A stretch of 64,000 nucleotides of DNA, taken from contig CM022670.1 in NCBI GenBank assembly GCA_012295275.1, positions 24,242,001-24,306,000 on the forward strand. Direction: 5' to 3'. Both the position numbers and the translations under genes were made by a program. Source of the DNA: Chrysomallon squamiferum (taxonomy: Eukaryota > Animalia > Mollusca). The notes beneath the pieces are model-generated. The model did no database searches. It worked only from the letters and a program-made list of their open reading frames with translations, and was not told the origin of the DNA. Positions 50,906 through 64,000 of this stretch are shown here, piece by piece. Numbering within the stretch: position 1 is the first letter of the stretch; each line of letters starts with the position of its first letter.

Positions 50906-51197
50906 TAGTATAAAACATATGTCATCAAGAAAAATAGACATTAATGTTTTTTTGATCAACTTAACACCTCAGTTAACAACCTGCTGTTTCACCTTCGACA
51001 GCTGTTAGAGTTGTTTCCCTTCCACATACGCACGAAAGCTTCTGTTACTCTTCTGCACATTGATATACATACTCTTCTTCTTCTGTTTCATTTTTTAACA
51101 TTCCACGTTTGACTGTCTGGGAGACCGTTGAGATCCTACCGATGTCTTAAATATAATTATCTGTTATTTATTCATTATAAATCAAAACCAGCCAGAA

Positions 51198-51317
51198 ATG
51201 GCCGTGGGAGGTGATTCGAGTTTCGGGGGATTGAAACATCCTTTAAAAATATTTGCGAATATATTTATTTCGTTTATTGGAGCTGGTGTGCTCGGTTTGC
51301 CGTACGCTTTTAAAGAG
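51198..51317 (+). CDS. Aa_trans-family amino-acid transporter (AVT3/ANT1/SLC36-like), coding exon 1
   Basis: MAVGGDSSFGGLKHPLKIFANIFISFIGAGVLGLPYAFKE, with the TM1 motif GAGVLGLPYAF; donor GTGAGT, phase 0. Confidence 0.9.
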
Positions 51318-51535
51318 GTGAGTGGGCCAGGTTAATTATCAAACATGGTTACGGTATTTATGTTGGCTATAAACGTGTATATGTTTCCAATATATGTTAT
51401 TATTTACCAGTAAGTTGTCTAAATCACAACGATCAATCCAGTTACTGACTTTAGACGGCCTTTGAATTTTTCCTTCTCGGAAATGTTACAGATCATTAAT
51501 CAAAATAAATGAATATATGTTAGATTGGAAAAGAC

Positions 51536-51583
<48 letters not shown>

Positions 51584-51675
51584 ATTAAACGTTGTATTTC
51601 AGTTTCAAAAACAAACAAGCAATACTTATAGTTTTTACTGTGACAGTCAGTGTTTTGTTTTTATTGTTTTTGTAG

Positions 51676-51725
51676 GCAGGAATCATTGAGGGAACTTTAA
51701 TAATGACAGGAGTTGGTATTATAAG
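51676..51725 (+). CDS. Amino-acid transporter exon 2
   Basis: tttgtag|AGIIEGTLIMTGVGII(S)|gtatg; phase 0 to 2. Confidence 0.88.
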
Positions 51726-52205
51726 GTATGTGACTATGTCTAATTCAAATTCATATCCCATTTTCAAAACTACTTAAAGACTGTAACATATGCTTTTATG
51801 TCTGTGTGAATCAGATACTATCTGTTACCAGACCAGGGAGTGATAATAACGGATTTCATTGTGCATGAAATATACTTGACACCTAATAATCATTAATATT
51901 TGTAACAAACCATAAATTATATTAACTCTTAAAGTAGTAAATAATGTGCTTCTTTTTAAAACATTTTAGGCTGAATTTACAAAAACAGTTCTGGTTTATA
52001 ATTATTAAAAAAAAAAAAAAGGGGGGGATGAAAGAAGGTATTTAGGAAAAGCAGCCTGCTCATATTTGGCACACTTTATTTGAAATGTTTTGTTTATTTG
52101 CTGACATTAATTAAAATTGCCTTTCTTTTTATTTATTTTATTTCAATATTCATTATTTATTTTTAATTCTTTTCTTCTTCTTCTTCTTCTTGTTTTGCTT
52201 CTTAG

Positions 52206-52401
52206 TATCAAAGCTATGCTTCTCATAATCGAGTGTAAGTACAAGCTGCTGGAAAATCAGGATTCCGTGTCCAATTACGGCAGAGTGAATGAAGAAGATG
52301 ATGGACTGAAGAGGTCACTGGGTTCAAAAGAGGAGCTGCAGGATTTGATGAGAGGAGAAGAACATCTTGTAATAAGAGTGAAAGACCCACCTCTGTCTAG
52401 G
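52206..52401 (+). CDS. Amino-acid transporter exon 3
   Basis: cttag|IKAMLLIIECKYKLLEN...KDPPLSR|gtaaga; phase 2 to 0. Confidence 0.88.
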
Positions 52402-54098
52402 GTAAGACTACAGCTGGAAATGATTCAAAATGTCTTAAAAAAATAATAGAAATGTCTTCAGTCATGCTGGTACCCTCACTCTGCATTGATTAGGTTTCTT
52501 GTGCTGAGTAATTTGCTACTGAACTGATACAAATGATTCAGATATATTTTTGATGGCAAATTTGAAAAGGGATTTTGGTAGTGATGAAAGTAATTCACAT
52601 GTTTTTTTAAGTAGGTTCAGAAATAATTTTGTGGATGATAAAAGGAACTGAAACATTTTTGGACTGATTATGTCCTTAATAAGGTTTTGGTGATAATAAT
52701 AATGACTGTTTTTGAAATAAGTCTCAGGAGGTATAGCATAATCTAATATTTTTGAGCAGAATTATACTTTTTTATTCAAGCCTATTAATACACTATTAAT
52801 AATAGACATTTTGAGAGGCTTAATAGTTATCAAATTTATTAATTTGGTTTTGTCCAGTATAAATTTTAATAAGATATTTCTATCCCTTTAATATTTCTTT
52901 GATAAAACAGTGTAGTACTTTTATTATTATTATCAGACTTGAGTTTTACATTGTTCAACATTGTTTGTTTTTGTAACACATTTTGACATTTCTTTTAATA
53001 ATTATAACATTTGTTACTCTCCTTTTGATATCTTTTATGTTATATTAGTGTATTTAAGCATAATCTAGAAATTTATAATGCTAAAGATGCTTTTGAGGGA
53101 TTTGTTTTAACCTATGTTTTTAGAAATTATTTAAATTTATTTAAAAAAAAAAAACAGAAAGAAAATTCTGTGCTTACCTAAGCTATAAAAATGGGAATAG
53201 TATCAAAATAAAACTTTTGAGTTAAGAAATATAAATTTTTGTAAAAATTCAGTATCATATATAATGATATAACTGAAAATAGTTTATAACAGTAACACTG
53301 ATAATAATTTTTTAAAGTGAAAAGAGATGACATGTTTTAGCTATAAAGTCATGGGAAAAAAGAAGAAAAAAAAGGTTTTAATTAAGTTTACTGGCATGTT
53401 TCAGCCATAAGTCATGGGACATTTTTTATTTTTTTTTTAAATTAAGTTTACTGAGATTTTTCTGCCATTTTCAATCACACACACACCTGTCACAGTTATT
53501 GTCAGTATTACCAAACACTGATGTAATACAGACAAGATGTTGCCCTGAATTCAAATTCACAGTTTAATAAGCAGTGGAACATAAAATTTATTAGCAAAGA
53601 TAAATCATTTAGTCAATAAAAACAGCTGAAATGAAAACTAACTACCATTAAAGTAAGCAATAACCAACCTCATAAATGTAATTTAAAATAAAAATATGAA
53701 GCATGTTAGTGACTGGTACATAAACTGAATGTAATAAAATAAAAAATTTATGTTAAAAACTGAATATAATGCCGTCCAGTTTATTTTTTTGATTATTAAG
53801 CATCTGTCTGAATAAAACAACTCCATGACTTGATTAAATACAAAGGTGAAGGTGGCCAATCAATATTTGTGTAGGATATTTATTGATAATGAATGACAGC
53901 TGTATTGACACTGTGTACATCTGTTGACAGAATTAGCTGACTCAGTACATTTGTTTGTTGTAAATGTAGTGAATATGTATTTTTTTTTATTGTTTTGTGT
54001 CATATGTATTTAAATGTTATTTTCTGCATGTGTTTGTGTGTGTGTGTGTGTGGTGAGAAAGACAGAAAAACAAAAAACAGAGAAAGACAGCAAAAGAG

Positions 54099-54134
<36 letters not shown>

Positions 54135-54477
54135 GTAGAGAGAGAGAGAGAGAGAGAGTGCACACACACAGAGAGAAAGAGAGTGTGAATTTTTTCGTTT
54201 TTAATTGAAAACTTAAAGAAATGTTTATTTCAGTATAGAGTTCATGGTGTAAAAGAAAGCCCAGTTGGTCTTAGATAATTAAAAATATAAATAAATAATT
54301 GCTCCTTATTTTTTTTGATTGTCATTGTTGTTGGTTTTGGTTTGAATATACATTTATACCATCACCTCATACAGCAGAATTAAACAATATCTGTTAATAA
54401 AAGTAACATGTACACCTTCATTATTCTGCAGTACACATTATTTTCAGTTATTTAATCTCATTTCTTTATATTTATAG

Positions 54478-54505
54478 GGTGAAGACTTGTCATATGGTGA
54501 TGTGG
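54478..54505 (+). CDS. Amino-acid transporter exon 4 (28-nt micro-exon)
   Basis: tttatag|GEDLSYGDV(G)|gtaag; SYGD motif typical of this family; phase 0 to 1. Confidence 0.85.
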
Positions 54506-54785
54506 GTAAGATAGTTTTAATATTATTTTCTAATTTACTGTTATTAAGTATTAATAGTACTTAACCAATATAATAAATAATTTTTATATAAATACACATA
54601 AAATCAAACATTACAAAATATATTTAAAATTAACTGTTTATTTCCTTGTACAAACACTGACACCTGCTCTGTTTTAATATGTTACTACATGTGTTTACAA
54701 TACTTAAACATCTGGTTTAAGAAAAACCGTTGTTAGGGAATTGGCCATTTGTTGTTATCATTATTATCTTTATTTTTAAACAAGC

Positions 54786-55428
54786 TGCTACTACTATTAC
54801 TACTAATACTACTAATACTTTTAACTATTACTGTTTACTACTAATACTGCTATACTATTACTACTAATACTACTACTTAAACATACTACTATTACTAATA
54901 CTGCTAAAATTACTACTAATACTACTAATACTACTAATACTGCTAGCAACTATTACTACTAATTGCTTGATATTACTACTGCTATTATCTACTAATATTA
55001 TTAATACTACTAATACTGCTACTACTAATTACTACTACTACTACTACTACTACTACTAATACTACTAATACTGCTACTACTATTACTACTAATACTACTA
55101 ATACTGCTACTACTATTACTACTAATACTGCTACTGATATTACTACTAATACTACTAATACTACTAATACTGCTACAACTATTACTACTAATACTGCTAC
55201 TGATATTACTACTGCTACTACTAATACTACTAATACTGCTACTAATACTACTAATACTGCTAATACTACTAATGCTGCTTTAATACTACTAATATGTAAT
55301 ACTACTAATGTTGTTACTGTTACTACTAATATTACTATTATTATAATATCATTGTTATTATTAATATTATTATTATAATTATCATCATTAATAATAAAAT
55401 CATGATTGACATTATTATTACTATTATT

Positions 55429-55474
<46 letters not shown>

Positions 55475-55500
55475 ACATAATCATCATTAACATTATTAAT
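54786..55500. repeat. Degenerate (ACT/AAT/GCT)n trinucleotide tract followed by (ATC)n
   Basis: Read directly; lies in transporter intron 4. Confidence 0.9.
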
Positions 55501-55532
55501 ATTATTATATTTATTTATTATTATTTTTGCAG

Positions 55533-55598
55533 GATATCAAGCAATGGGTCACACAGGAAGGTTCCTGGTTGATTTGGCTATTGTCTTATCTCAAATAG
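55533..55598 (+). CDS. Amino-acid transporter exon 5
   Basis: tttgcag|YQAMGHTGRFLVDLAIVLSQI(G)|gtatt; phase 1 to 1. Confidence 0.88.
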   Translation, partial: DIKQWVTQEGSWLIWLLSYLK

Positions 55599-56159
55599 GT
55601 ATTTACTGTGTTATAAAACAACAGCTGTCAAACCAGCAATAGTATGTAAGATAGCAAACCGTTTTCTTTCTTTGCTCAGATATATGTAGTTATAATGCTA
55701 TCTCAGATCTTCCCAGAATAAATATGAACCATTCCCTATGAAAATTTTTTTTTTACTTTTATTTTGTTTCGTATGAAATATTTTTACTGTTTGTGCCAAT
55801 GTGTTCTTAACTGAAACATAAACACAAATATAATGTTTTATGTTTTATAATATATCTGTTACAGTTTTATTCTAAATGTTTTTCATTAAAACATAAACAC
55901 AAACATAATGTTTTATGTTTTATAATATATCTGTTACAGTTTTATTCTAAATGTTTTTCATTTTAGATTGATAAGATAGTTCTTTGTTGTTTGTTTCTAT
56001 TTTCTATTTATTTTTAGATTGATAAGATAGTTCTTTGTTGTTTGTTTCTATTTTCTATTTATTTTTATTATTTTTATTTTTTATTTTTATGTTTTCATAA
56101 CTACTGAGTTTTATTTTCAGTTCTTTATTAATTATTTTTATTTTTTGTTTTTTTTTCAG

Positions 56160-56226
56160 GTTTCTGCTGTGCCTACCTCATTTTTATATCTCAAAATCTG
56201 TCTGATTACATGAAAGGAATGAAACT
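56160..56226 (+). CDS. Amino-acid transporter exon 6
   Basis: tttcag|FCCAYLIFISQNLSDYMKGMK(L)|gtaag; completes the conserved QxGFCxxYxxFI motif; phase 1 to 2. Confidence 0.9.
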
Positions 56227-56631
56227 GTAAGACTTAAGTAAAATGTTTATTTTAATTTTAATTCTTAATTTTAAATTTTTTTATGAATCTGATATCTCCA
56301 TTAATTTGTAAAAATTCTAGTTAATTTCTCACAATATTAAAACAAATATTAAATATAAATTTATGTCACTGTAACCTTAGTTAAAATGTAAATTTGATAT
56401 TTCAAAAAATATTGATATGTCAGTGTACACATGGATATGTGCATATTTGTATGTGTGAATAGTTAAACACCAGTGAATGAAATATCATTGGCAATAATAA
56501 CATGCTTTTTTCATTGATAAGAAAAATTAACTAAATACAGTATATCGTAACTGTTACAGTTATAAAATTATATTATAAATTTCCCATTAAGGTAGTCATC
56601 AGTTTAACATGACCCATCATCTTCAGATGTA

Positions 56632-56933
56632 CAGGTTGAGAATCCTTTATCTGAAATGCTTGGGACTGGAAGTGTTTCAGAATATTTAGCATTTTGGAAT
56701 ATAAGGAGACAGAATGAGAATAGAATCTACTTCTAAATATGAATTCCTTTTATTTTCATGTGCAGTTTATACAGATAGTCTGGATGATTTATTAAATGAT
56801 ATTTTTAATAATTTTGTGCATCATATTCAGGTTGTATATGCTAGAAAAAGTCTGAAAACTGAGATATTATTGAAAGTTTGAAAGTTTTGGAATTCTGAGA
56901 TTTTTGCATTTTGGATAAGGGATCCTCAATATA
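56632..56933. mobile_element. About 300-bp Tigger/pogo-type MITE resembling Tigger4/MER46
   Basis: TA|CAGGTTGAGAATCCTTTATCTGAAATGC at the left end and its inverted counterpart GCATTTTGGATAAGGGATCCTCAA at the right. Family assignment is from memory of the consensus. Confidence 0.7.
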
Positions 56934-57003
56934 CTGCTCTGTTTCACTGCAATGATATAAAATGTGTACAGAGATATTGTGACATTGTGTTTCATGTTGA
57001 CAG

Positions 57004-57084
57004 AGGTCACTGGCTGATGATATTGTTACCTGCTTTGTGTCTGCTGACAATGCTTAGACATCTTGGAAGTTTGGCAATCACTAG
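57004..57084 (+). CDS. Amino-acid transporter exon 7
   Basis: gacag|GHWLMILLPALCLLTMLRHLGSLAIT(S)|gtggg; phase 2 to 2. Confidence 0.88.
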
Positions 57085-57762
57085 GTGGGTTATTTACAGT
57101 TTACTTACACACATCCACATACACTCACAGACACACACACTCACACACACACACATAAATACTGACAAATATAGTTTGAATAAAATGTGCAAATACTCTG
57201 TAAAATGAAACATAATACATAAAAGTTGAACAAAGAAAGCAAATTAACGTTTGTTGGTCATTAATTCGTAATTACTTTTAATCTATCTAGACAAAATCAT
57301 GGTTTTAAAAATGATTTTAGTTTGTTTTATATTTTTACTCTTACTGTTGCTGCACACATGATTTCAGTTACCTAGATCTTTTCAATTGTTTTAATTACCA
57401 CTTTTAGTCTCCGTTCAGTTGTTAATTAAAACTGCCTGGCAGAGACTTCTAAACATCTAGTTACATCAGTAATGACATTGCAGTGCATACCTGTATTAGA
57501 TGAAACTATTCAGTTCTACATGCTTTGGTTGCACTTTGAAGTGTAACTATTGGCAGTGTGAAGAAATAGTCCAGATGTGTTCTGCCTATTTCAAAGATCT
57601 GTTGGGTTAATATTGTTTAATGTTTTCTGTTTTAATTTTGGTACTGATGTTGTTGGTGTTATTATAATGTTATTATCATTGTTGTTATTATTATTACTAT
57701 TATTACTATTATTACTACTATTATTATTATTGTTATTGTTATTTTATTATTTGGTTTTGCAG

Positions 57763-57840
57763 TTTAATGGCTCAGTGCTCCAACTTGATGGCTTTTGGTG
57801 TAGTCTTCTGGTTTGATTTTGAACACTTTTGGAATATAGA
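57763..57840 (+). CDS. Amino-acid transporter exon 8; gene continues beyond the window
   Basis: ttttgcag|LMAQCSNLMAFGVVFWFDFEHFWNI|gtaagt; phase 2 to 2. No further convincing exon found before 64000. Confidence 0.86.
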
Positions 57841-58784
57841 GTAAGTACAACTGTTGCTTATTTACATTATTTTATATATATATATAAAACTTGTGTCAGT
57901 AGATTAATCTGTAATATATGAGATCATAAATTCACCCTATATTGTATCTGGCATAATGTTTTGTTGATACAGGTGGAATGTTCCTTAACAGTAATAGTTA
58001 ATGTGATAAATAGAGAATATAACAGACTGCTGAATGTAATGTTATATTTATAGATACTGCTTAATCATGGGAATAAATATTCATGATGTGCAAGCTTAAT
58101 GTTACTTCATAACATTTGTACCTGATGATAATTTTTTTATCTTCTTTTTTTATGTTAGATATAAATGAAGTGAAAATAAGTATGTAAATTTTAACTGACT
58201 GATAAATTTTTGTGATTTTTTTTTGCTCTGAATTAAGAGATAATTCTAATAGCAAACTAATTAATAGTTTTTGGTAATTAAAAGTTATATAAGTAATCAT
58301 TACTAAAATGCAGTATCAATCTACTGCTGTCATAATAATAATGTGAAAGTTCTAGATTTGTTCATATTAATAGTAAAATGTTTTTATTTCTAAAGAAAAT
58401 TTCATGTAATTCAATGAAAACCAATAAAATTATTATGCCACTGCATATTATCATTAGACCACATGATGAAATCATTACATTTGTAAAATTTTATTAGACT
58501 TGTGTAATGGCTGCATTCTTTTGCTAATTTAGCCTTGTATAGTCCACCATGTGTAAACATAGCCTGTTAAATATTTAGCCAGGTTTCAAGGTCATTATGT
58601 AGAGTATTATATGGACTAATTAATTGTCAAAACAATTCTTTCTTTAGAGAATTTAAACTCAAAGGGAGACCATTCATATAAATATTACATAAATTTTCTT
58701 TTTCTTTATTTTTGTTTTTATCTTTCATTTTTTTATTTTTTATTTTTTTGTCCCACAGTATGAGAAATAAAGGGCATTTGTGTA

Positions 58785-58817
<33 letters not shown>

Positions 58818-61494
58818 CAATTAAAATATTAAGCTATTCTAAACAAAATTCACTGAACATAATTAAAAATATATATTTAAATTAATATGTATATATATTT
58901 TTTTAAATTTAAATTATTTTTGGACATATCCTTAATATTTTTTCACTTAATGTTACCAAATGAATATTTATGGTTTACATTTTTTTGTACTTTTAGTTAC
59001 TTGTTTGTTTTTTTGTCAGCAGTTTTAGTTTTTGCTAAGTGATTAAAAATTTCACAAATTTAGATACAGTTATGATTCATGTTTAATAAATAATTAATGT
59101 TTAGGATGTGATCAGTGTTGTCTTTATCTTGATGTATATAAACAGTTTATAACTTTGTTTCTGTACTTAGGTAGGTACACATAAATATGCATGCAGATAT
59201 ATGTATATGTACACACACACACTCACATACCCTCACACAGACACTGGTGTGTATATTAATGTTTTTTTATACATCTATGAATCGATCTATACATACAAAC
59301 TTTCCACATGCCCATCTAATTATCTATGCACAAACCTAATACTTACAAGTGTGTTTATTTTTTTATCTGCAAAAATATTCAGGAAGAGCAGATCATACAC
59401 ACATACAAAAGCCATCCAAACACTGACAGAGATAAGTGAAAATGTTGTTTTTACAAATGTTTGTTTGTTTCACTCATTTTGTGGTTGATTTTAATCAGGT
59501 TTTTCAGTGAACAAAAGCCCCCAAAACAAACATTTATTCATAAAAACAGCCACTTACTGAAATATTTTAATTTTTAGATATAGCAAGAAAATTTTAATTA
59601 ATTCTAGCTGGAGGTAAGAGTAAAAATATAAGTAAACTTTTCTCATATAAATATCTTCTTTTTTTTTTTCTTTTTTTATTCTTTCTGAAACTTGTATCAG
59701 AACTTGCTCAGGGTACATGCATGAATCTTTTCTTTTTGTTCAGTTTGTGCTGATGTTGAGAGTATTTTGGAGTTTCACATAATTCAGTTCTGTGATGAAC
59801 TGGTGAAGGTTACTTAGTACTTGCACTGAAATATTTATTCTCTGGTGGTTTTCTGGAACTGTGAATGATTTATCACACACACACCCACACACACCCATAT
59901 ATGTATGTGTATATGTATATATATTTATATGTGTGTGTGTGTATATATACACACATATATATATTACATATATATATATATACACATACACACATAAATA
60001 TACATGAGGGGTTTTCGTATTTTATTTCATCTGAATCTGTTTATAGTTCATGTTTTCATTTGAATTATAGCAGTAGCTTTGTTGTGAATGTAAACTGAAC
60101 TGATGATTAATAGGAAAAAAACAAAAACACCCCATGAAAAGCCTTATTTTAAACAGTTATCTGTTATTGCCATTCATTCAATTACTTTTTTTTTTTTCCT
60201 TCTATTTCTGGCCCACTTGTTTTAACTTCTGAAGTAGGCTCTGAACTGAAATGTAATAGATGCTTGGACAGAAATATGACACTGAAGATAACAGAACACT
60301 GGAATGAAATGTGATAGAGCACTAACCTAAAGTAAATAAAGCATGAAATGTAAGGTAATTGAGCTACACACTAAAACAGAGTTTCCAGTGTGTTGGCTGA
60401 CAAACAGAAAACATGGTCACACATATTTTTAAATACTGTTTTTTATATTTGCATGTAAACATATCTTCTGGTAATTGAATCTTCTTTTGTTGTGTGAAAT
60501 AAATTTCTTTTTTCACACCATTTTATTTGTCATTTCTGGGTAAGGAAAAAAAATGATACTCAGATGGTGACATATACAGATATTATATTAAGAGTGATGA
60601 GATTTGTATATTCTGTGTTTACAGGTGTTCTTTTTATTATGTCTACTTGGTTTCTTTTTACCTTGAACACACACTCTCTCTCTCCCTCTCCCTTTCCCTC
60701 CCTCTCACAGAGGGTCAGTAATATCTTTGTTTTCAAGTTTGTTTCCTCCACAAGTAGTTTAATTACCCAGAATCTGCCACTGGAAGTCTTTTCCATGTCA
60801 GCCAGTATCATCATGTTTTTTTACTGTTAAAGCTACCTTATGAATTTTACTTATTTGAAAAGTGACTTATTCAGTAAGTAAAAGTGTAATATTGAGTTTC
60901 TTCTCCAGATTTATTTTTAGACAGTGCAGTAAGTAAATGATAATAACAGATTAATATCATGTTTGTTTAGGCTGTTTTAGTTTTAATTTTAATATGAGAT
61001 TATTATAACAATTATTGTACTACTGTTATTATTATTTATTAATGATATCTTTTATTTAAATTCCTAAATAATATAAATTATTTTTTATCACTTTATTTAT
61101 TTATTTCCATTTTTACTGAATGAACACGCAGGGTTTTTTTTGGTGGAAATTTTATAATCACTTTATCTGAATATTTGTGCACTGGTTTTGTTGGTTGTCT
61201 GGTCGAGGTTTTTTCTATTACAAATGTTACATATATCCATAATGTTGTTGTTAACAGTTTTCAGGCAGAAACTGGTATTGAATATCAATATTTTTAATTA
61301 TTACTTTTTGAGGGTTCCTTTTCATTTCTTTTCTTTTTCTTTTTTTAGGGTAAATGCCTTATTTTTTCAATGTGCAAAAATGTTATTTTCAATTTATTAA
61401 ATTATTGTTTAAAAAAACAACAAAAAAAACTGTCTAGACAAAACAATTTTTTCTTAGATATTCTCTTATGCACTTTTAATTTAATTGAAATGTG

Positions 61495-61527
<33 letters not shown>

Positions 61528-61914
61528 GTATGTCTATATGTATGTGTATATGTGTGTGTGTGTGTGTGTATGTGTGTGTGTGTGTATATATGTGGGTGTG
61601 TGTGGGTGTGTGTATGAGTGTTTACTAGTACATTCTGTTGCAACACGGTTTAATTAAATCAATACCAGCTGTTGTGTTCACTTGTCCATTTAATCCTGTT
61701 TATTTTCTTTAATGTAATATTGTATCATCACAGTTGATACAGAAACAAACAGTATTTATAGCAGTAATAAACAAACTCCTGCCTCCATCTTTCACACCAG
61801 TCTACAGACAGTGTGTTTTCTGACTGATTAACTTCATTTCAACAAGAAAGTTACTTTCATCACAGCTACAGCATTCAGTCTTTTTGAATCTGCCATTACT
61901 AACAAAACCAAGAT

Positions 61915-62067
61915 TATAATAATTATTATTATTACCATTACTATCATTATTATCATCATCATCATCGTCGTCATTATTATTATTATTATTATTATTATCA
62001 TCATCATCATTAACATTATTATCATTATTATTAACATTATTATCATTATTATTATTATTATTATTAT
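61915..62067. repeat. (ATT)n/(ATC)n degenerate trinucleotide tract
   Basis: Read directly. Confidence 0.88.
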
Positions 62068-64000
62068 GTTTAGTTTTTTTGGTCTGTTTAACTGCCATTA
62101 TGGACAAATGACAGAGATACAAAAAGTAAAATGATCTGTTCAGGCTGTCAGAGTTTTATGTTCATTTTTATTTTTCCAACTACAGAATTAATAATTGTGA
62201 ATAAAAAGACAACATCTGCCTCCCAGCAGAATCAGGAGCGAGTTATTTTATAGTTGCAATTTGTTACTGGAACAAACCAGTCATCGTAAAAAAAAATTAA
62301 TTAATAATTTGTAACTGCACAAAATGTATTTAGGCATTTGTTCACACGATTACAGGTACATTCAGAAGTAATGTTTAAACAAAGATAATGTTTAAGCACT
62401 TGTTACATTTATGAATAACTGTCTGTCTGCATGTGTGTGTTTGTGTTTCATTGTGTTATTATAAAGACTGACAAACATATGTAGTTTATTTGTATGTGCA
62501 TACAACTTTATTGATATCCTACCATTGGAATAGTCTTTATAGCATTTGTGAGGCAGCAGATTTACATTGTATAACATAGTATTATTAGTTAGATAATCAA
62601 TACACATGAACAAACAAAAACAAATATACAAAAATAATAATACGGAAAAATGTATTATTTTAAAACCAGAGCATTATTGCATGGTTAAAAACTTTTGGAA
62701 ATGAAAGATGTCAAAATATCACTTTCATAACTACCATCATCATTATCAACACCACCATCATTATCAATCAACATTTTTATTTTTTTATTTTTTTAACCCT
62801 GCCCACCCCAGAACTATTATAACTGCTTTTTCTCACTGTCATAAGGTGTTTTTTTTTTTTAAACATAACCTGGGTGCATCTTCTTAACCTGTTACCAACC
62901 CATTCAGTACTGACAATTAGTTTTGTAAAAATCCATACATTCTCTCCTGGCTTTGGGAATGTATGTGAAAGATCTCTCTTACAGATAACAAATGTAGCAG
63001 CTGTGTGTGTAGTTTTTTTTTCACACTCAGTCATGTGTGTGATAACATGTAAATGTGGACTAAAATGATTATGTTTCATTAAGTAAAACGTTTCATTCTG
63101 TCTATGTGTTTGATGTCAGAATGCAGGCACGACATATCGAGTTTGAAATATGAAACATCAACAGTAGCACCGCATTTTCCCCATTCCATCAGTGCTCCAT
63201 TCATTGTTTACTACTGACCATAATTATAATAATACTACTAATAATAATAATACAGTTTATAAATAATGTATTTTTATCACACAGGTGAATGGTTATTTAA
63301 ACGTCTGTAGTTATCTGGATATGGCAGGAAATCTGCTTGGATTTCAAGTATAACTCTTTAACCTATGTAAGCCTGTGATCACCATATAGTATGGTAGACA
63401 TCTTTGTTTTGTGTGTGTATGTGTGTGTTTGTGTTTGTGTTTGTGTGTGTGTGTGTGTGTTTGTGTGTATTATTTTTATATACTAAATAATAAAAAACAA
63501 ATAAATATGCTGGAATAGTCAGAGATAGGTTTTGTAAATTTACTAATATTTATTTTTTATTATTTTTGTTTTGTTTTGTTTTATTTTATTTCAACTTATT
63601 TTATTTTATTTTATTTGTTGTTGAAACAAGGAATATATTGAAAAATAAATACAATAAGCAGTGTACTAATGATATTTATTTATTTAGTATAACTTTTATC
63701 TTTTCTTTATTCTTTATCAGCTTGATTCTTATGAGGTGGGAGGGTCTTTTTCTTTGTATTGTTATTATTAAAAAAAAATTCATAACTTTTTAAAAAAAAT
63801 ATATGTTATTCGGTTTTCTTTTTCTTTCTTTTTAATTTTCTTGTTTTTATTCCTTAGTTTTTCAGTGACATTGTTTCTGAGTAGGGTGAGAGTTTGGGTA
63901 CTTATTTCCTTCGTGCTTGTTTTTATAAGTAAATCTTTTGTTTTTTTATCACAGAATTCATCCAGCAAAGTTTCGATTTTCTGGTCTTCCATTTTTCCTG

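Noticed and set aside
60560-64000. Coding-looking scraps in the last intron (60560-60814, 62777-63079, 63780-63992)
   Set aside because: No recognisable motifs, and no phase-2 plus-strand exon matching the expected next transporter segment. Possibly old transposon debris.

Overview
This is AT-rich, microsatellite-dense animal genomic DNA, not prokaryotic. The gene content suggests a lophotrochozoan, probably a mollusc (inference). It has three zones. (1) 1-17.5 kb: a single-exon FAM181-family gene (1949-2962, minus) with a YAP-like TEAD-binding motif, plus about 14 kb of upstream non-coding DNA with CpG-retaining islands. (2) 17.5-50.1 kb: a tandem array of roughly 6.4-7.2 kb units on the minus strand. 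It holds five 875-codon Toll-like receptor copies (three intact, two with 1-bp frameshifts) and three collapsed TIR-only remnants. Each unit carries a putative non-coding first exon and a degenerate MULE-transposase-like fossil; units 1-3 also carry a 487-bp LTR-like insertion with a kB-like site. The N-terminal ectodomains are nearly identical while the TIR domains and BB-loops differ sharply between copies, which is the most interesting signal in the window. (3) 51.2-64 kb: the first eight coding exons of an Aa_trans-family (AVT3/ANT1/SLC36-like) amino-acid transporter on the plus strand, with a strongly CpG-depleted gene body and a Tigger4/MER46-like MITE. All alignments and counts were done by eye; family names come from remembered motifs, not database searches.
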